Positions 1 through 10,055 of a DNA stretch of 58,424 nucleotides are shown in pieces. The notes under the pieces are model-generated. The model did not search any database, had not been told where the DNA came from, and saw only the letters and a list, made by a program, of their open reading frames with translations. How positions within the stretch are numbered: position 1 is the stretch's first letter; every line of letters starts with the position of its first letter. The position numbers were made by a program, and so were the translations under genes. Origin of the DNA: Bacillota bacterium (lineage in GTDB: Bacteria; Bacillota; Dethiobacteria; DTU022; UBA8154); assembly GCA_012520035.1 (NCBI GenBank), contig JAAYOY010000233.1, positions 1 through 58,424 of the forward strand. The letters run 5' to 3'.

Positions 1-116
1 AGAAAGATTGTTTCATTAAGGCAATTAACAGTCGAGGGCTTGAAAAGAGTTTGCGCAGGAAACTCCCCGAAGATATACTTGCTCTGTTAAAAGATCAACT
101 GGAAAGGCCCGATTAA
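1..116 (+). CDS. YlxR-like (DUF448) protein, C-terminal fragment; 5' end lies outside the window
   Basis: Open frame (phase 3) reads KDCFIKAINSRGLEKSLRRKLPEDILALLKDQLERPD and ends at TAA 114-116. Its position directly upstream of infB matches the nusA-ylxR-infB arrangement of Firmicutes. Confidence 0.5.
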   Translation, partial: KDCFIKAINSRGLEKSLRRKLPEDILALLKDQLERPD

Positions 117-235
117 CAAGGAAATGGGGCGGTGGGCCGAAACTTTTGTCTTGCTGCAGACCAGGAGTTTCGCCCCGCTCCGGAGGACATTCCTTATTAT
201 TTTAAGGAGGTAAATTCTAATGGAGGTGTAATTCA

Positions 236-2329
236 GTGGGAAAAGTAAGAGTATATGAACTGGCTAAGGATTTAGGAATGAATAGTAAAAAACTAATTAC
301 TGTTCTTCGGGAGCTTAATGTAGATGTAAAAAATCATATGAGCACCATGGACGAAGATGTTGCAAAAAGGATACTGGATATGTTAACAAAAGGAGAAAAA
401 AAACCGCTTGATGTTCAAACTGATGCTGCAGATAAAAGTACGGAAGCAGTACTCGAAGAAGCTCCTGTGAAAAAGAAGGTTCCTGTCAATAAACAGGTTA
501 ACAAAAAAAATGTCAAAGAGGGACGTAAAGCAAGGAAAACCGCAAAATTAAATCAGGAAAAACAAATAACACCGGAGGAAGTCCTTCTCCTAGAAGGAAG
601 GGTTACGGTGGGTGAACTGGCGGGAAGAATTAATAAGCCTGTCTCGGATATCCTGCAAAAACTACTCGAACTGGGGATAATATCCAATATAAACCAGCAG
701 TTAACTGAAGATCAACTGGAAATCCTGGCCGAAATGTACAAAATTAATATTAAAATCAAAGCAGACCCTGATGAAGAAGAACTTTTAAATATCATCGAAG
801 AAGATGAGCATGATAATAAGGTGCTGAAGGCAAGGCCGCCGGTTGTAACAGTGTTGGGACATGTCGACCATGGGAAAACCTCTCTATTAGATGCAATAAA
901 GGAAACTAACGTTCTGGCTACTGAAGCCGGAGGGATTACGCAGCATATAGGGGCATATACAGCTGAAATCAACCAAAAAAAAGTGGTATTTCTTGATACT
1001 CCCGGGCATGAAGCTTTTACCGCAATGCGTGCCAGGGGTGCACAGGTCACGGATATTGCAGTACTGGTTGTTGCTGCCGACGATGGTGTTATGCCACAGA
1101 CGATTGAGGCCATAAACCATGCCAAAGCGGCAGGGGTACCGATCATCGTTGCAATAAATAAAATTGATCGGCCTAATGCCAATCCGGAGAGGGTCAAAAA
1201 ACAGCTGGCCGATGTTGGTTTGATTCCGGAAGAATGGGGCGGGGATACAATTTTTGTAAATGTAAGTGCCTTGAAGAAGGAAGGCCTTGACGAACTTTTA
1301 GAGATGATCTTGCTGGTTGCTGAGATGGCTGAGTTGAAAGCAAATTATTCGCGTCATGCAAAAGGGACTGTCATTGAAGCGAAGCTTGATAAGGGCCGGG
1401 GGCCGGTAGCGACAGTACTTGTTCAGGACGGAGTAATAGAAGTCGGTGATCCGATTATCTGTGGAAATATTTATGGTAAAGTAAGGGCAATGATTGATGA
1501 TAAAGGCAAAAGGATTAAAAAGGCTTATCCGGCAACCCCTGTGGAAGTTTTAGGGTTGGCGGAGGTTCCTCAGGCCGGGGACAGTTTTCTTGTAGTAAAA
1601 GATGAAAAGCTTGCCAGGCAAATAGCGGCTAAAAGAGGAGAAAAACTAAGAGAAGCAACCCTTCGCAAAGTTCAGAGAGTATCGTTGGAAGATTTTTTTA
1701 GCCGCATTGAGGACCAGGAAATCGATTTAAATTTAATTATTAAAGCCGATGTGCAGGGTTCTGCTGAAGCCTTGCAGGAATCGCTGTTAAAAATTGAAAA
1801 TGAGCAGGTTAAAATTAAAATAATTCATAAAGGGGTAGGAGCAATTACCGAATCCGACGTAATGCTCGCTTCTGCTTCGAACGCAATTATTGTAGGGTTT
1901 AATATCCGGCCGGAGGCGAATGCAAGAAAACTGGCGGAAAAAGAACAGGTTGATATCAGGCTTTACCGGGTAATTTATGAGGCTATTGAAGATGTAAAAG
2001 CTGCCATTAATGGACTGCTCGAACCCGAATATGAGGAAAGGATTCTGGGTCAAGCGGAAATCAGGCAGATATTCAAAGTTTCCAGGATTGGGACCGTAGC
2101 AGGTTCATATGTTTTGGATGGAAAAATTAGCCGTAATGCTACCATGCGGGTTATTAGAGATGGAACGGTGATTCATGAAGGAAAAATTGAATCCTTAAAG
2201 CGTTTTAAGGATGATGTAAAAGAAGTGAACACGGGATTTGAATGCGGTATTGTTCTGGAAAACTTTAATGACTTAAAAGAAAAGGATATTTTGGAAGCGT
2301 TTGAAATGATGAAGGTTACTGCGACTTAA
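236..2329 (+). CDS. infB: Translation initiation factor IF-2
   Basis: 697-aa ORF with a GTG start 7 nt after GGAGGTG. GTPase motifs [13 protein letters not shown] and NKID are present. The infB-rbfA-truB context fits. Confidence 0.97.
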   Translation: MGKVRVYELAKDLGMNSKKLITVLRELNVDVKNHMSTMDEDVAKRILDMLTKGEKKPLDVQTDAADKSTEAVLEEAPVKKKVPVNKQVNKKNVKEGRKARKTAKLNQEKQITPEEVLLLEGRVTVGELAGRINKPVSDILQKLLELGIISNINQQLTEDQLEILAEMYKINIKIKADPDEEELLNIIEEDEHDNKVLKARPPVVTVLGHVDHGKTSLLDAIKETNVLATEAGGITQHIGAYTAEINQKKVVFLDTPGHEAFTAMRARGAQVTDIAVLVVAADDGVMPQTIEAINHAKAAGVPIIVAINKIDRPNANPERVKKQLADVGLIPEEWGGDTIFVNVSALKKEGLDELLEMILLVAEMAELKANYSRHAKGTVIEAKLDKGRGPVATVLVQDGVIEVGDPIICGNIYGKVRAMIDDKGKRIKKAYPATPVEVLGLAEVPQAGDSFLVVKDEKLARQIAAKRGEKLREATLRKVQRVSLEDFFSRIEDQEIDLNLIIKADVQGSAEALQESLLKIENEQVKIKIIHKGVGAITESDVMLASASNAIIVGFNIRPEANARKLAEKEQVDIRLYRVIYEAIEDVKAAINGLLEPEYEERILGQAEIRQIFKVSRIGTVAGSYVLDGKISRNATMRVIRDGTVIHEGKIESLKRFKDDVKEVNTGFECGIVLENFNDLKEKDILEAFEMMKVTAT

Positions 2330-2369
2330 TAGTATATGATCTGTAATAAGCTTCTTGGGGGTTATAAAG

Positions 2370-2732
2370 ATGGGAAGACAGCGCCGCCAGAGAGTTGCAG
2401 AAGAAATAAAGAAAGAAGTTAGTGAGATAATTCGTTTTGAACTGAAAGATCCAGGTTTGAAGAGAATGACAAGTATTACGGATGTTGAGGTCTCTGGAGA
2501 CCTGCGTTATACGAAAATTTTTGTCAGTATCTATGCGGACAGGGAAGAACAGGAGAAAGCCTTAAAAATTCTTCAAAAGGCCTCCGGCTTTATACGGTCT
2601 GAAATAGGGAAGCGTATACGTTTGAGACATGTGCCGGAGATAGAATTCTGCCTTGATAGCTCTATGGAATACGGAGCCCGTATAGATAACGTCCTGAGGC
2701 AAATAAAGCCTGAACTGGGGGCTGAAGAATAA
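2370..2732 (+). CDS. rbfA: Ribosome-binding factor A
   Basis: The ORF opens at TTG 2355, but ATG 2370 (MGRQRRQRVAEEIKKEVSEII...) follows a GGGGG SD and gives a typical RbfA N-terminus. It lies directly after infB. Confidence 0.92.
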   Translation: MGRQRRQRVAEEIKKEVSEIIRFELKDPGLKRMTSITDVEVSGDLRYTKIFVSIYADREEQEKALKILQKASGFIRSEIGKRIRLRHVPEIEFCLDSSMEYGARIDNVLRQIKPELGAEE

Positions 2733-2733
2733 A

Positions 2734-3711
2734 ATGAATGCTGCCAATGCCAACCTGCTTAACCTGCGTTCCTTGCTCGCCGGTAATTATGATAATATCT
2801 ATATTTTTACCCATTTGAGGCCGGACGGTGACGCTATAGGTTCTTCTCTGGCTTTGGCTAATGCGCTAAAAACCGGGTGTAAAACTGTGGAGGTATTCTG
2901 TCCGGATGTTATACCGTCCAGGTATTCTTTTCTTCCGGGCGTAGATAATTTTCAAGTCTCATTTACGGCCAGGGAAGGAAAGAGTTTGGCTTTTATCCTG
3001 GATTGCAGTGACTTAAGAAGGCTGAATAATATGGGGGAAAAAGTACTGCAGCTTGATAGAGTTGTAAATATAGATCATCATATTACCAATGAAAAATTTG
3101 GGGATGTAAACCTTATTGATGCTTCAGCAGCATCAACAGGGGAAATTATCTATCAAATATTAAAGGATGATTATGAGCTTAATTATGATATCAGCCTATG
3201 TTTATATGTTGCCATTAGTTCCGATACCGGGTCTTTTAAATATGAGAACACAACCCCTCAAACAATGGAGATTGCCGCGAGGCTGCTGGAAAAAGGTATA
3301 AACCCTTTCTATGTCAGTCAAAAAATATTTGATGAATATCCGGCATCTACTATTTTTTTGTTACGTGATGCTCTGGGATCGTTACGATTTGATGAAACAG
3401 GGAAAATTGCCTGGATGGTTGTTGACGATGCAATGCTGAAAAAACATGGTGCGGAATCATCGGATCTGGATGGCTTTATTAATTATGTTAAAAATATAGA
3501 AAGCGTCGAGGTTGGGATATTTTTCTATCAAACAGATAAAGGGGAAACGAAAGTGGGATTTCGTTCAAAAACGGTTGATATAGCTTCTGTTGCCTACTCA
3601 CTTGGTGGAGGCGGTCATCCTCGCGCAGCCGGTTGTAGTTTGCGAGGGGAACCGCAAGAAGTGATTGCTAAAGTGGTACAGTCTGTAGCACAGCTTTTTT
3701 GTAAGGGGTAA
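2734..3711 (+). CDS. nrnA: DHH/DHHA1 phosphoesterase (NrnA-like oligoribonuclease / pAp phosphatase)
   Basis: Motifs HLRPDGDAIGS, NIDHH and GGGGHPRAAG (DHHA1). ATG lies 1 nt after the rbfA stop. Confidence 0.85.
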   Translation: MNAANANLLNLRSLLAGNYDNIYIFTHLRPDGDAIGSSLALANALKTGCKTVEVFCPDVIPSRYSFLPGVDNFQVSFTAREGKSLAFILDCSDLRRLNNMGEKVLQLDRVVNIDHHITNEKFGDVNLIDASAASTGEIIYQILKDDYELNYDISLCLYVAISSDTGSFKYENTTPQTMEIAARLLEKGINPFYVSQKIFDEYPASTIFLLRDALGSLRFDETGKIAWMVVDDAMLKKHGAESSDLDGFINYVKNIESVEVGIFFYQTDKGETKVGFRSKTVDIASVAYSLGGGGHPRAAGCSLRGEPQEVIAKVVQSVAQLFCKG

Positions 3712-3716
3712 TTTAT

Positions 3717-4643
3717 TTGGATGGTTTTTTAAATGTATTAAAGCCTCCCGGGTTAACTTCGCACGACGTTGTTGAACATATACGCAAAATTACCAGGGTT
3801 AAAGTAGGGCATGGCGGTACTTTGGACCCCGGGGCAGCCGGGGTTTTGCCTGTTCTCCTGGGAAAAGCCACCAGACTGTCTTCTTACCTGGTTGACTTTT
3901 CTAAAACCTACCGGGCAGAGCTGTTCCTCGGTTTATCTACAGATACCGCCGATGCATCCGGCAAAATAATCAAAACGGCATCTTCTTTTAATTTTAGCCT
4001 GAAAGATATTGAAAAGGTGCTTCAATCTTTTGAAGGAGAAATTATGCAGATCCCCCCAATGTTTTCAGCATTAAAACACCGGGGGAAAAAACTCTACGAA
4101 TACGCGCGTCAGGGGAAGACTGTTGAACGCAATCCGAGAGCGGTAAAAATTTATTCTATAAAAATATTAGAATATCTGCCTCCTCAAAGATTATACTTTG
4201 AGGTAAAATGCTCTAAGGGTACCTATATCAGGACGCTCTGTGCACAGATCGGTGATGCCCTTGGTTGTGGCGGACATATGGCATTTCTCCTGAGAAAGGA
4301 GGTTGGCCCATTTGTCCTGTCGGAGTCACATGCTTTAGAGGATATTTCAGGCAAAACTTTGTCGGAGGGCCTTCTATTGCCGCTGGATTTTCTCTTTCAA
4401 GGGACGGATTATTTAATTCTTGGGCACAAAGATATTCTCTCTCTTTTACAGGGACGCTTTCTCCCATTGAAAGAGATTTCAAACAGGGCAATAAATGTTT
4501 TTTGTGAACCTGTTAGTGAAAAAGTAATCCCGGTATATACAAATAAAAAGGAATTTGCTGTATTAGCCCGCTGGAAGTACGCTCATGGTTCGGGTTTTAT
4601 TTTAAAACCCGAAAAGGTATTCAAACCATTCAACAAGGACTAA
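3717..4643 (+). CDS. truB: tRNA pseudouridine(55) synthase
   Basis: N-terminus MDGFLNVLKPPGLTSHDVV and catalytic-Asp motif GHGGTLDPGAAGVLPV. Conserved position. Confidence 0.94.
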   Translation: MDGFLNVLKPPGLTSHDVVEHIRKITRVKVGHGGTLDPGAAGVLPVLLGKATRLSSYLVDFSKTYRAELFLGLSTDTADASGKIIKTASSFNFSLKDIEKVLQSFEGEIMQIPPMFSALKHRGKKLYEYARQGKTVERNPRAVKIYSIKILEYLPPQRLYFEVKCSKGTYIRTLCAQIGDALGCGGHMAFLLRKEVGPFVLSESHALEDISGKTLSEGLLLPLDFLFQGTDYLILGHKDILSLLQGRFLPLKEISNRAINVFCEPVSEKVIPVYTNKKEFAVLARWKYAHGSGFILKPEKVFKPFNKD

Positions 4644-4655
4644 GGTGAATCTCCA

Positions 4656-5615
4656 ATGAAGATAATTTATAATGTTGAAAATTATGATGGAAAAGACAGG
4701 TTTGTTATTGCCCTTGGGAATTTTGACGGAATACACCTGGCACACAGAAAAATTCTCGAAGAGACAAAAACCAGTGCGAAGAAGCTGGGGTTAAAAAGTG
4801 CTGTACTTCTTCTGAACCCGCATCCAGTTCAACTCTTGTTTCCGGAACGGTCTTTTCAACTACTTACCTCTTTAGAAGAAAGAGCTGGAATATTGGCTGG
4901 TTTAGGGATGGATTATTTAATAGTCGAACAATTTACTGAACATATTGCCCGGCTTTCTCCTTTTCATTTTGTCCGGAATTATTTGGTGCAAACCTTAAAT
5001 GTCGCCAGGGTTGTTGTCGGTTACGATTATACTTTTGGACACCGGGGGGAAGGGACAACCTATACCCTGATGGAACTGGGAAAAAAATTTGGTTTTGAGG
5101 TAGAGATAATACCGCCTGTTATGATTGGCGGCAAAGTAATCAGCAGTTCACTTATCAGGGAGCTGATAGCCCGGGGAGAAATCGAGAAAGCTTCAGAATT
5201 TTTGGGTGCCTTTTTTGAAAGAAAAGGGAAAGTAATTCACGGCGAAGGCAGGGGAGCGATACTTGGTTTTCCAACAGCTAACCTGGAGATTCCCGGTGAT
5301 CTCCTGTTACCTGCAAATGGTGTTTATTTGAATCTTGTCCAATTAAGAGATAAAGAGTTGTTTGCCCTGACAAACGTCGGGAAAAAACCAACATTCTGCA
5401 CGGATAATAAAACGCATGTTGAAGTATTTTTATTAGATTTTAACAAAGATATCTATGGTCAGGAATTAACTGTCCGGTTTTTGCACAGAATTAGAGATGA
5501 GATAACTTTTAAAGACAGTCAACTTCTAATTAAGCAAATTGAGCAGGATCTTTTAAAGGCTCAAATACTAATAAATCAAAAATACGGACATTTACTTGAG
5601 AAACAGCGTATTTAA
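4656..5615 (+). CDS. ribF: Bifunctional riboflavin kinase / FMN adenylyltransferase
   Basis: N-terminal adenylyltransferase motif ALGNFDGIHLAHRKIL. C-terminal kinase region contains GFPTANL. Follows truB. Confidence 0.93.
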   Translation: MKIIYNVENYDGKDRFVIALGNFDGIHLAHRKILEETKTSAKKLGLKSAVLLLNPHPVQLLFPERSFQLLTSLEERAGILAGLGMDYLIVEQFTEHIARLSPFHFVRNYLVQTLNVARVVVGYDYTFGHRGEGTTYTLMELGKKFGFEVEIIPPVMIGGKVISSSLIRELIARGEIEKASEFLGAFFERKGKVIHGEGRGAILGFPTANLEIPGDLLLPANGVYLNLVQLRDKELFALTNVGKKPTFCTDNKTHVEVFLLDFNKDIYGQELTVRFLHRIRDEITFKDSQLLIKQIEQDLLKAQILINQKYGHLLEKQRI

Positions 5616-5628
5616 AAGACGCTTTTTG

Positions 5629-5657
5629 TTTACAAAGGTTTATCTATGTGATAGAAT
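5629..5657 (+). promoter_or_regulatory. Sigma-A type promoter for rpsO-pnp
   Basis: TTTACA (5629-5634), 17-nt spacer, TAGAAT (5652-5657), with an extended -10 TG at 5649-5650. About 85 nt upstream of rpsO. Confidence 0.6.
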
Positions 5658-5742
5658 TTTTCTTGGTCTTAAACAGGGCAGCTTGTGCCGAAATGCTGTC
5701 CAGCGGTATATAAAAATATAACATAAAAAGGAGGTGAGTTAA

Positions 5743-6012
5743 GTGGCTTTATCAAGTGAAGTAAAAGGCAGTATTATTAACGAATATAAGGTGCATGATA
5801 CTGATACCGGTTCTCCTGAAGTTCAAATTGCAATTTTATCAAAAAAAATCAACCAATTAACCGAACACCTTAAAATACACAAAAAAGATTTTCACTCCAG
5901 AAGAGGACTGCTCAAAATGGTAGGTAAAAGAAGAGGTTTGTTAAATTACCTCAGAGATAAGGATCCGAACAGATATCGTGTGATTATTGAAAAACTTGGT
6001 TTAAGAAAATAA
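5743..6012 (+). CDS. rpsO: 30S ribosomal protein S15
   Basis: 89 aa, GTG start after AGGAGGTG. Contains GSPEVQIA and [16 protein letters not shown]. Confidence 0.97.
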   Translation: MALSSEVKGSIINEYKVHDTDTGSPEVQIAILSKKINQLTEHLKIHKKDFHSRRGLLKMVGKRRGLLNYLRDKDPNRYRVIIEKLGLRK

Positions 6013-6062
6013 TATTGTAATCAAGCGGGTTTTCCCACGAAGAAATAAGAGGTGTTTGCTAT

Positions 6063-8240
6063 TTGGAACAATTTCAAATGAGTATTGCGGAGAGAACTCT
6101 GACCATAGAGACAGGAAAGATTGCCAAACAGGCCAGCGGTTCTGTTTTGATACGTTATGGTGATACAGCTCTCTTAGTCACCGCCACTGTTTCTAAAGAG
6201 CCACGTGAAGGTGTAGACTTTTTCCCTTTAACCGTTGATTTTGAAGAAAGACTTTATGCAGTTGGTAGAATACCAGGAGGTTTTATTAAGCGCGAGGGAA
6301 GACCTACGGAAAAGGCGATTTTGGCTGCCAGATTGACAGACAGGCCACTACGCCCCTTGTTTCCTAAAGGATTTCGCAATGCTGTTCATATTGTGGTAAC
6401 CGTGTTTTCAATTGATCAGGATTGCCCTCCTGAACCTCTGGCCATTATCGGGGCTTCAGCTGCGCTATCAATTTCCAAGATCCCCTTTGACGGTCCTATA
6501 GCTGCAGTAGGCGTGGGGCTAATTGATGGAGAGCCTGTTATTAATCCAACTGTTGAACAAGCTGAGATAAGCGAGTTAAATCTGGTTGTTGCGGGTACAG
6601 AAGAAGCGATCCTGATGGTTGAGGCTAAAGCAAAAGAAGTGTCGGAAGAACAGATAATTGATGCCCTGTCAGCAGGGCATGAAGAGATAAAGAAAATCAT
6701 TCAGCTTCAGAAAGAGATGATTGCTCAAATTGGGCAGGAAAAAATGGAGGCGCCCCTTTTTGAACCGGACCCGGGGATTGCTGATGAAGTTGCAAATTTC
6801 TGTGAATACAAATTCAAAGATGCTTTTCAAGTGGAAGAAAAGCTGGAAAGAGAATTAGCTCTTGAGCAGGTAAAATCTGATACTATACAACATTTCTTAG
6901 AGCAGTACCCCGAAAAAGAACCGGATATAAAATCAGCCGTTGAAAAAGTGATGAAAAAAATATTTCGCTCAATGATAATTAATGAAAGCAGGCGTCCTGA
7001 TGGAAGAGTACCCGATGAAATACGCCCGATTTCTTCTGAAGTACAGCTTTTTAAAAGAACCCACGGCTCATCACTTTTTACAAGAGGCCAAACTCAGGTT
7101 TTAAATATCTGTACCCTGGGTGCATTAAGGGATATGCAAAGGCTTGATGGTCTCGGCATTGAAGAATCCAAGAGATTTATGCACCATTATAATTTTCCGC
7201 CTTACAGTGTTGGCGAAGCAGGTTTTATGCGCGGGCCCGGAAGAAGGGAAATCGGCCACGGTGCGCTGGCTGAAAAAGCGCTGGAACCGGTAATTCCGAA
7301 AGAAGAAGATTTCCCCTATACCATTCGTCTTGTTTCCGAGGTAGTGGAATCAAATGGTTCTACTTCCATGGGAAGTGTTTGCGCCGGAACGCTTTCACTG
7401 ATGGATGCCGGTGTTCCCATAAAAACACCGGTAGCGGGAATTGCAATGGGTTTAATCAAAGAAGAAGATAAGTATGTAATACTCTCGGATATTCAAGGAA
7501 TAGAAGATTTTTTAGGAGATATGGATTTTAAGGTGGCGGGAACAAAAGCAGGTATCACTGCGTTACAGATGGATATTAAAATAAAGGGTCTTTCAAGCGA
7601 AATATTAAAGGAGGCCCTGCAGCGTGCAAGAGAAGGCTACCTTTTTATTATGAGCAAAATGCTTGAAGCAATCGACGAGCCCAGACCCAATCTTTCAGTG
7701 TTTGCCCCGCGCATTATTACAATTCAGATTGACCCGGATAAGATACGCGATGTAATAGGACCTGGTGGCAGGATAATAAATAAAATTATTGCCGAAACAG
7801 GAGCAGAAATTGATATTGAACCCGATGGAAAGATATTTATTGTTGCAGTGGATGCAGATGCGGGGCAGAAAGCGCAGGAAATGATTGAGAACCTTACCGA
7901 GGACGTTGAACCGGGCAGGGTTTATCTGGGAAAAGTAACCCGGACAGAAAAATATGGAGCTTTTGTTGAAATCCTTCCCGGGAAAGAGGGGCTGGTTCAT
8001 ATTTCCCATTTGGAAAGATTTCGGGTGGATAAAACGGAGAGCGTTGTCAACGTTGGAGATCAGATTATGGTAAAAGTGCTTGATATTGATGATAAGGGAA
8101 GAATCAATCTCTCTAGAAAAGAAGCTCTGCCTCATGATCCGGACAGGCAGGATGAGCACAACGATAAGGCGGCTAATGGAAACAGGAGAAGGGCGCAGAG
8201 ATTGGTTAGACGTTCCAAAAAAGAACATAGGCCCGTCTAG
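6063..8240 (+). CDS. pnp: Polyribonucleotide nucleotidyltransferase (PNPase)
   Basis: 725 aa with two RNase PH-like halves ([10 protein letters not shown]), a KH domain ([10 protein letters not shown]) and an S1 domain ([17 protein letters not shown]). TTG start 6 nt after GAGGTG. Confidence 0.97.
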   Translation: MEQFQMSIAERTLTIETGKIAKQASGSVLIRYGDTALLVTATVSKEPREGVDFFPLTVDFEERLYAVGRIPGGFIKREGRPTEKAILAARLTDRPLRPLFPKGFRNAVHIVVTVFSIDQDCPPEPLAIIGASAALSISKIPFDGPIAAVGVGLIDGEPVINPTVEQAEISELNLVVAGTEEAILMVEAKAKEVSEEQIIDALSAGHEEIKKIIQLQKEMIAQIGQEKMEAPLFEPDPGIADEVANFCEYKFKDAFQVEEKLERELALEQVKSDTIQHFLEQYPEKEPDIKSAVEKVMKKIFRSMIINESRRPDGRVPDEIRPISSEVQLFKRTHGSSLFTRGQTQVLNICTLGALRDMQRLDGLGIEESKRFMHHYNFPPYSVGEAGFMRGPGRREIGHGALAEKALEPVIPKEEDFPYTIRLVSEVVESNGSTSMGSVCAGTLSLMDAGVPIKTPVAGIAMGLIKEEDKYVILSDIQGIEDFLGDMDFKVAGTKAGITALQMDIKIKGLSSEILKEALQRAREGYLFIMSKMLEAIDEPRPNLSVFAPRIITIQIDPDKIRDVIGPGGRIINKIIAETGAEIDIEPDGKIFIVAVDADAGQKAQEMIENLTEDVEPGRVYLGKVTRTEKYGAFVEILPGKEGLVHISHLERFRVDKTESVVNVGDQIMVKVLDIDDKGRINLSRKEALPHDPDRQDEHNDKAANGNRRRAQRLVRRSKKEHRPV

Positions 8241-8449
8241 GGGTTTATGTTTTTTTTTGTACTTTTTTACAATTCAGGAATAATTGGGCCGGTATAAAAA
8301 TACAGATTAAATATAAAATCAGAACGAGGTTAGCACAGTTTAATGAAAAGGCCTCTTTTTTTTTAACTTTTTGTTTCCTGTTTACTATCATAGCTGTTAA
8401 TACAATAACAAACCTGAAGCCCTCGCATTATCCAGAGCCCGTTTTTCAG

Positions 8450-9034
8450 GTGGAAGGTTCAGGAGCGGTTGTTTTTTTTACTTTCAATGTTCTCTGGGAA
8501 AAAGAGCATCTGCAAGATATACTGGATATACTGGATAAAAATGATATACGTGCAGTATTTTTCATTACCGGGGAATGGTTAAAAAGAAATCCACATGAGG
8601 CAAAAGCAATGCTCGAAAAAGGCCATGAACTTGGTAATTATACTTATTCCAGGGCAAAGCTTTTAACAATGCCGGAGACAGAAGTTGAAGAAGAGATAAA
8701 GAGTTTTAATGTATTAAGCCGGGAACTGCTGGGCTTTCAGCCATTATTATTCCGTCCGCCGTACGGTGAGTATAATTCCAGAATAATTCGTCTTGCCGGG
8801 GAGCAGGATTGTATCACATTACTATGGAGTATAAATTTATTCATGCTTTCTGATCTTGAAAAGGAATATAATCTTAGCCGGCTTGAAGAGCGTTTACACG
8901 ATGGAGCTGTTCTGCTTTTCCATACTGCTTATCCTGCAGTTGCCGAAACTCTTCCGGATATTATTGAGTTTATTAAATGGAAGGGTTATTCCATAGGATC
9001 CCCGGAGAAGATTTTGGAAAAATATACCGATTAG
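8450..9034 (+). CDS. NodB-homology (CE4) polysaccharide deacetylase-like protein; the N-terminal signal anchor appears cut off by a frameshift (see findings)
   Basis: CE4-like motifs FRPPYGEYN and VLLFHT. Motif 1 (FTFNVLWE) and motif 2 (GNYTYSR) are degenerate. The frame is open upstream to about 8282, but the first ATG/GTG/TTG in it is GTG 8450. Confidence 0.7.
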   Translation: MEGSGAVVFFTFNVLWEKEHLQDILDILDKNDIRAVFFITGEWLKRNPHEAKAMLEKGHELGNYTYSRAKLLTMPETEVEEEIKSFNVLSRELLGFQPLLFRPPYGEYNSRIIRLAGEQDCITLLWSINLFMLSDLEKEYNLSRLEERLHDGAVLLFHTAYPAVAETLPDIIEFIKWKGYSIGSPEKILEKYTD

Positions 9035-9038
9035 GGTT

Positions 9039-10055
9039 ATGGAAGGTGAGGATTTGTTTGTCCTTTTAATATCCTCCAAAACAAAGATTATCGCTCTCAT
9101 TTTGCTGCTTGTTATCGGCAGTGCATTTATTTTTCAAGATAAGGCTGTAAGGTATTTTTGCGGTGTAAAGTCCGGTGTAATGTTTCTTGAACATAATGTA
9201 GGCGGATATTCCAGGGAAGAATTGACAGAATTAATAGGAGCAAAATATGGTGAATGGGTAGTCAGCCCCGTTGATGCTGTATATGACGAACAATACAATT
9301 CAATCATTCCGGAATTGTGGGGCTGTGAAGTTAACCTCCAAAAGACAGTGGATAAAATTATGCAAGCCCATTCGGGAGAAAAAGTAACGCCCGTTCTCGA
9401 AACGCTGCTGCCGGATATAACGCTGAATGATTACCCCTGGGCTTATATCCGGCAGGGAAATCCACTGAAAACAGAAGTGTCTTTTATGATTAATGTTGCC
9501 TGGGGAACTGAATATATCCCCCAGATGCTGGCAATTCTTGATAACGAAAAGGTATCTGCCAGTTTCTTTGTAGTAGGCAGCTGGGCTGAAAATCACGAAG
9601 ATCTGCTTAGACAAATTTCCAACAGCGGCCACACAGTTGAAAATCACGGGCATACCGATGCTAAAGTGTATACCGAACTTACTCCCGAAGAAATGGAAGA
9701 CGGTCTGAAAAAAGTGAACAGTTTTGTGCAGAATCTTACCGGTCGAAAACCAAAATATTATACTCCTCATAAAGGGGAATACAACGAACTGGTTCTGGAA
9801 GCGGTATCCCGTCAAGAGCTGCGCACCGTTTTATGGTCGATCGACACAATCGATTGGATGTTGCCAGGAGTCCAGGCGATGAAATCCAGGGTGCTGGAGA
9901 ACCTTCATGGAGGAGCTATTGTGCTGATGCACCCTACAGAAGATACTGTAATTTTTTTAAGGGAGACCATCCCCCTGATCAAAGATCAGGGATTCCAGAT
10001 TGTGAGTATCGAAAAATTACTAGATCCAAACTATAACCGGACGGAATTCAAATGA
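9039..10055 (+). CDS. Membrane-anchored polysaccharide deacetylase family protein (YlxY-like sporulation-type)
   Basis: N-terminal TM segment IIALILLLVIGSAFIF. CE4-like region with FMINVAWGTEY, HTVENHGHTD and IVLMHP. The position downstream of pnp matches B. subtilis ylxY. Confidence 0.75.
   Translation: MEGEDLFVLLISSKTKIIALILLLVIGSAFIFQDKAVRYFCGVKSGVMFLEHNVGGYSREELTELIGAKYGEWVVSPVDAVYDEQYNSIIPELWGCEVNLQKTVDKIMQAHSGEKVTPVLETLLPDITLNDYPWAYIRQGNPLKTEVSFMINVAWGTEYIPQMLAILDNEKVSASFFVVGSWAENHEDLLRQISNSGHTVENHGHTDAKVYTELTPEEMEDGLKKVNSFVQNLTGRKPKYYTPHKGEYNELVLEAVSRQELRTVLWSIDTIDWMLPGVQAMKSRVLENLHGGAIVLMHPTEDTVIFLRETIPLIKDQGFQIVSIEKLLDPNYNRTEFK

Noticed and set aside
712-1197. 161-aa and 77-aa minus-strand ORFs inside infB
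   Set aside because: They are antisense to the GTPase domain of IF-2. Their Ala/Ser/Cys-rich translations are typical of the reverse frame of a conserved gene, and no start signals are present.
7695-8228. 177-aa minus-strand ORF at the 3' end of pnp
   Set aside because: It overlaps the KH/S1 region of PNPase entirely and has no SD. Its composition mirrors the sense codons.
9300-9815. 171-aa minus-strand ORF inside the second deacetylase gene
   Set aside because: Antisense shadow ORF. The plus-strand frame carries the CE4-like motifs and a TM anchor.
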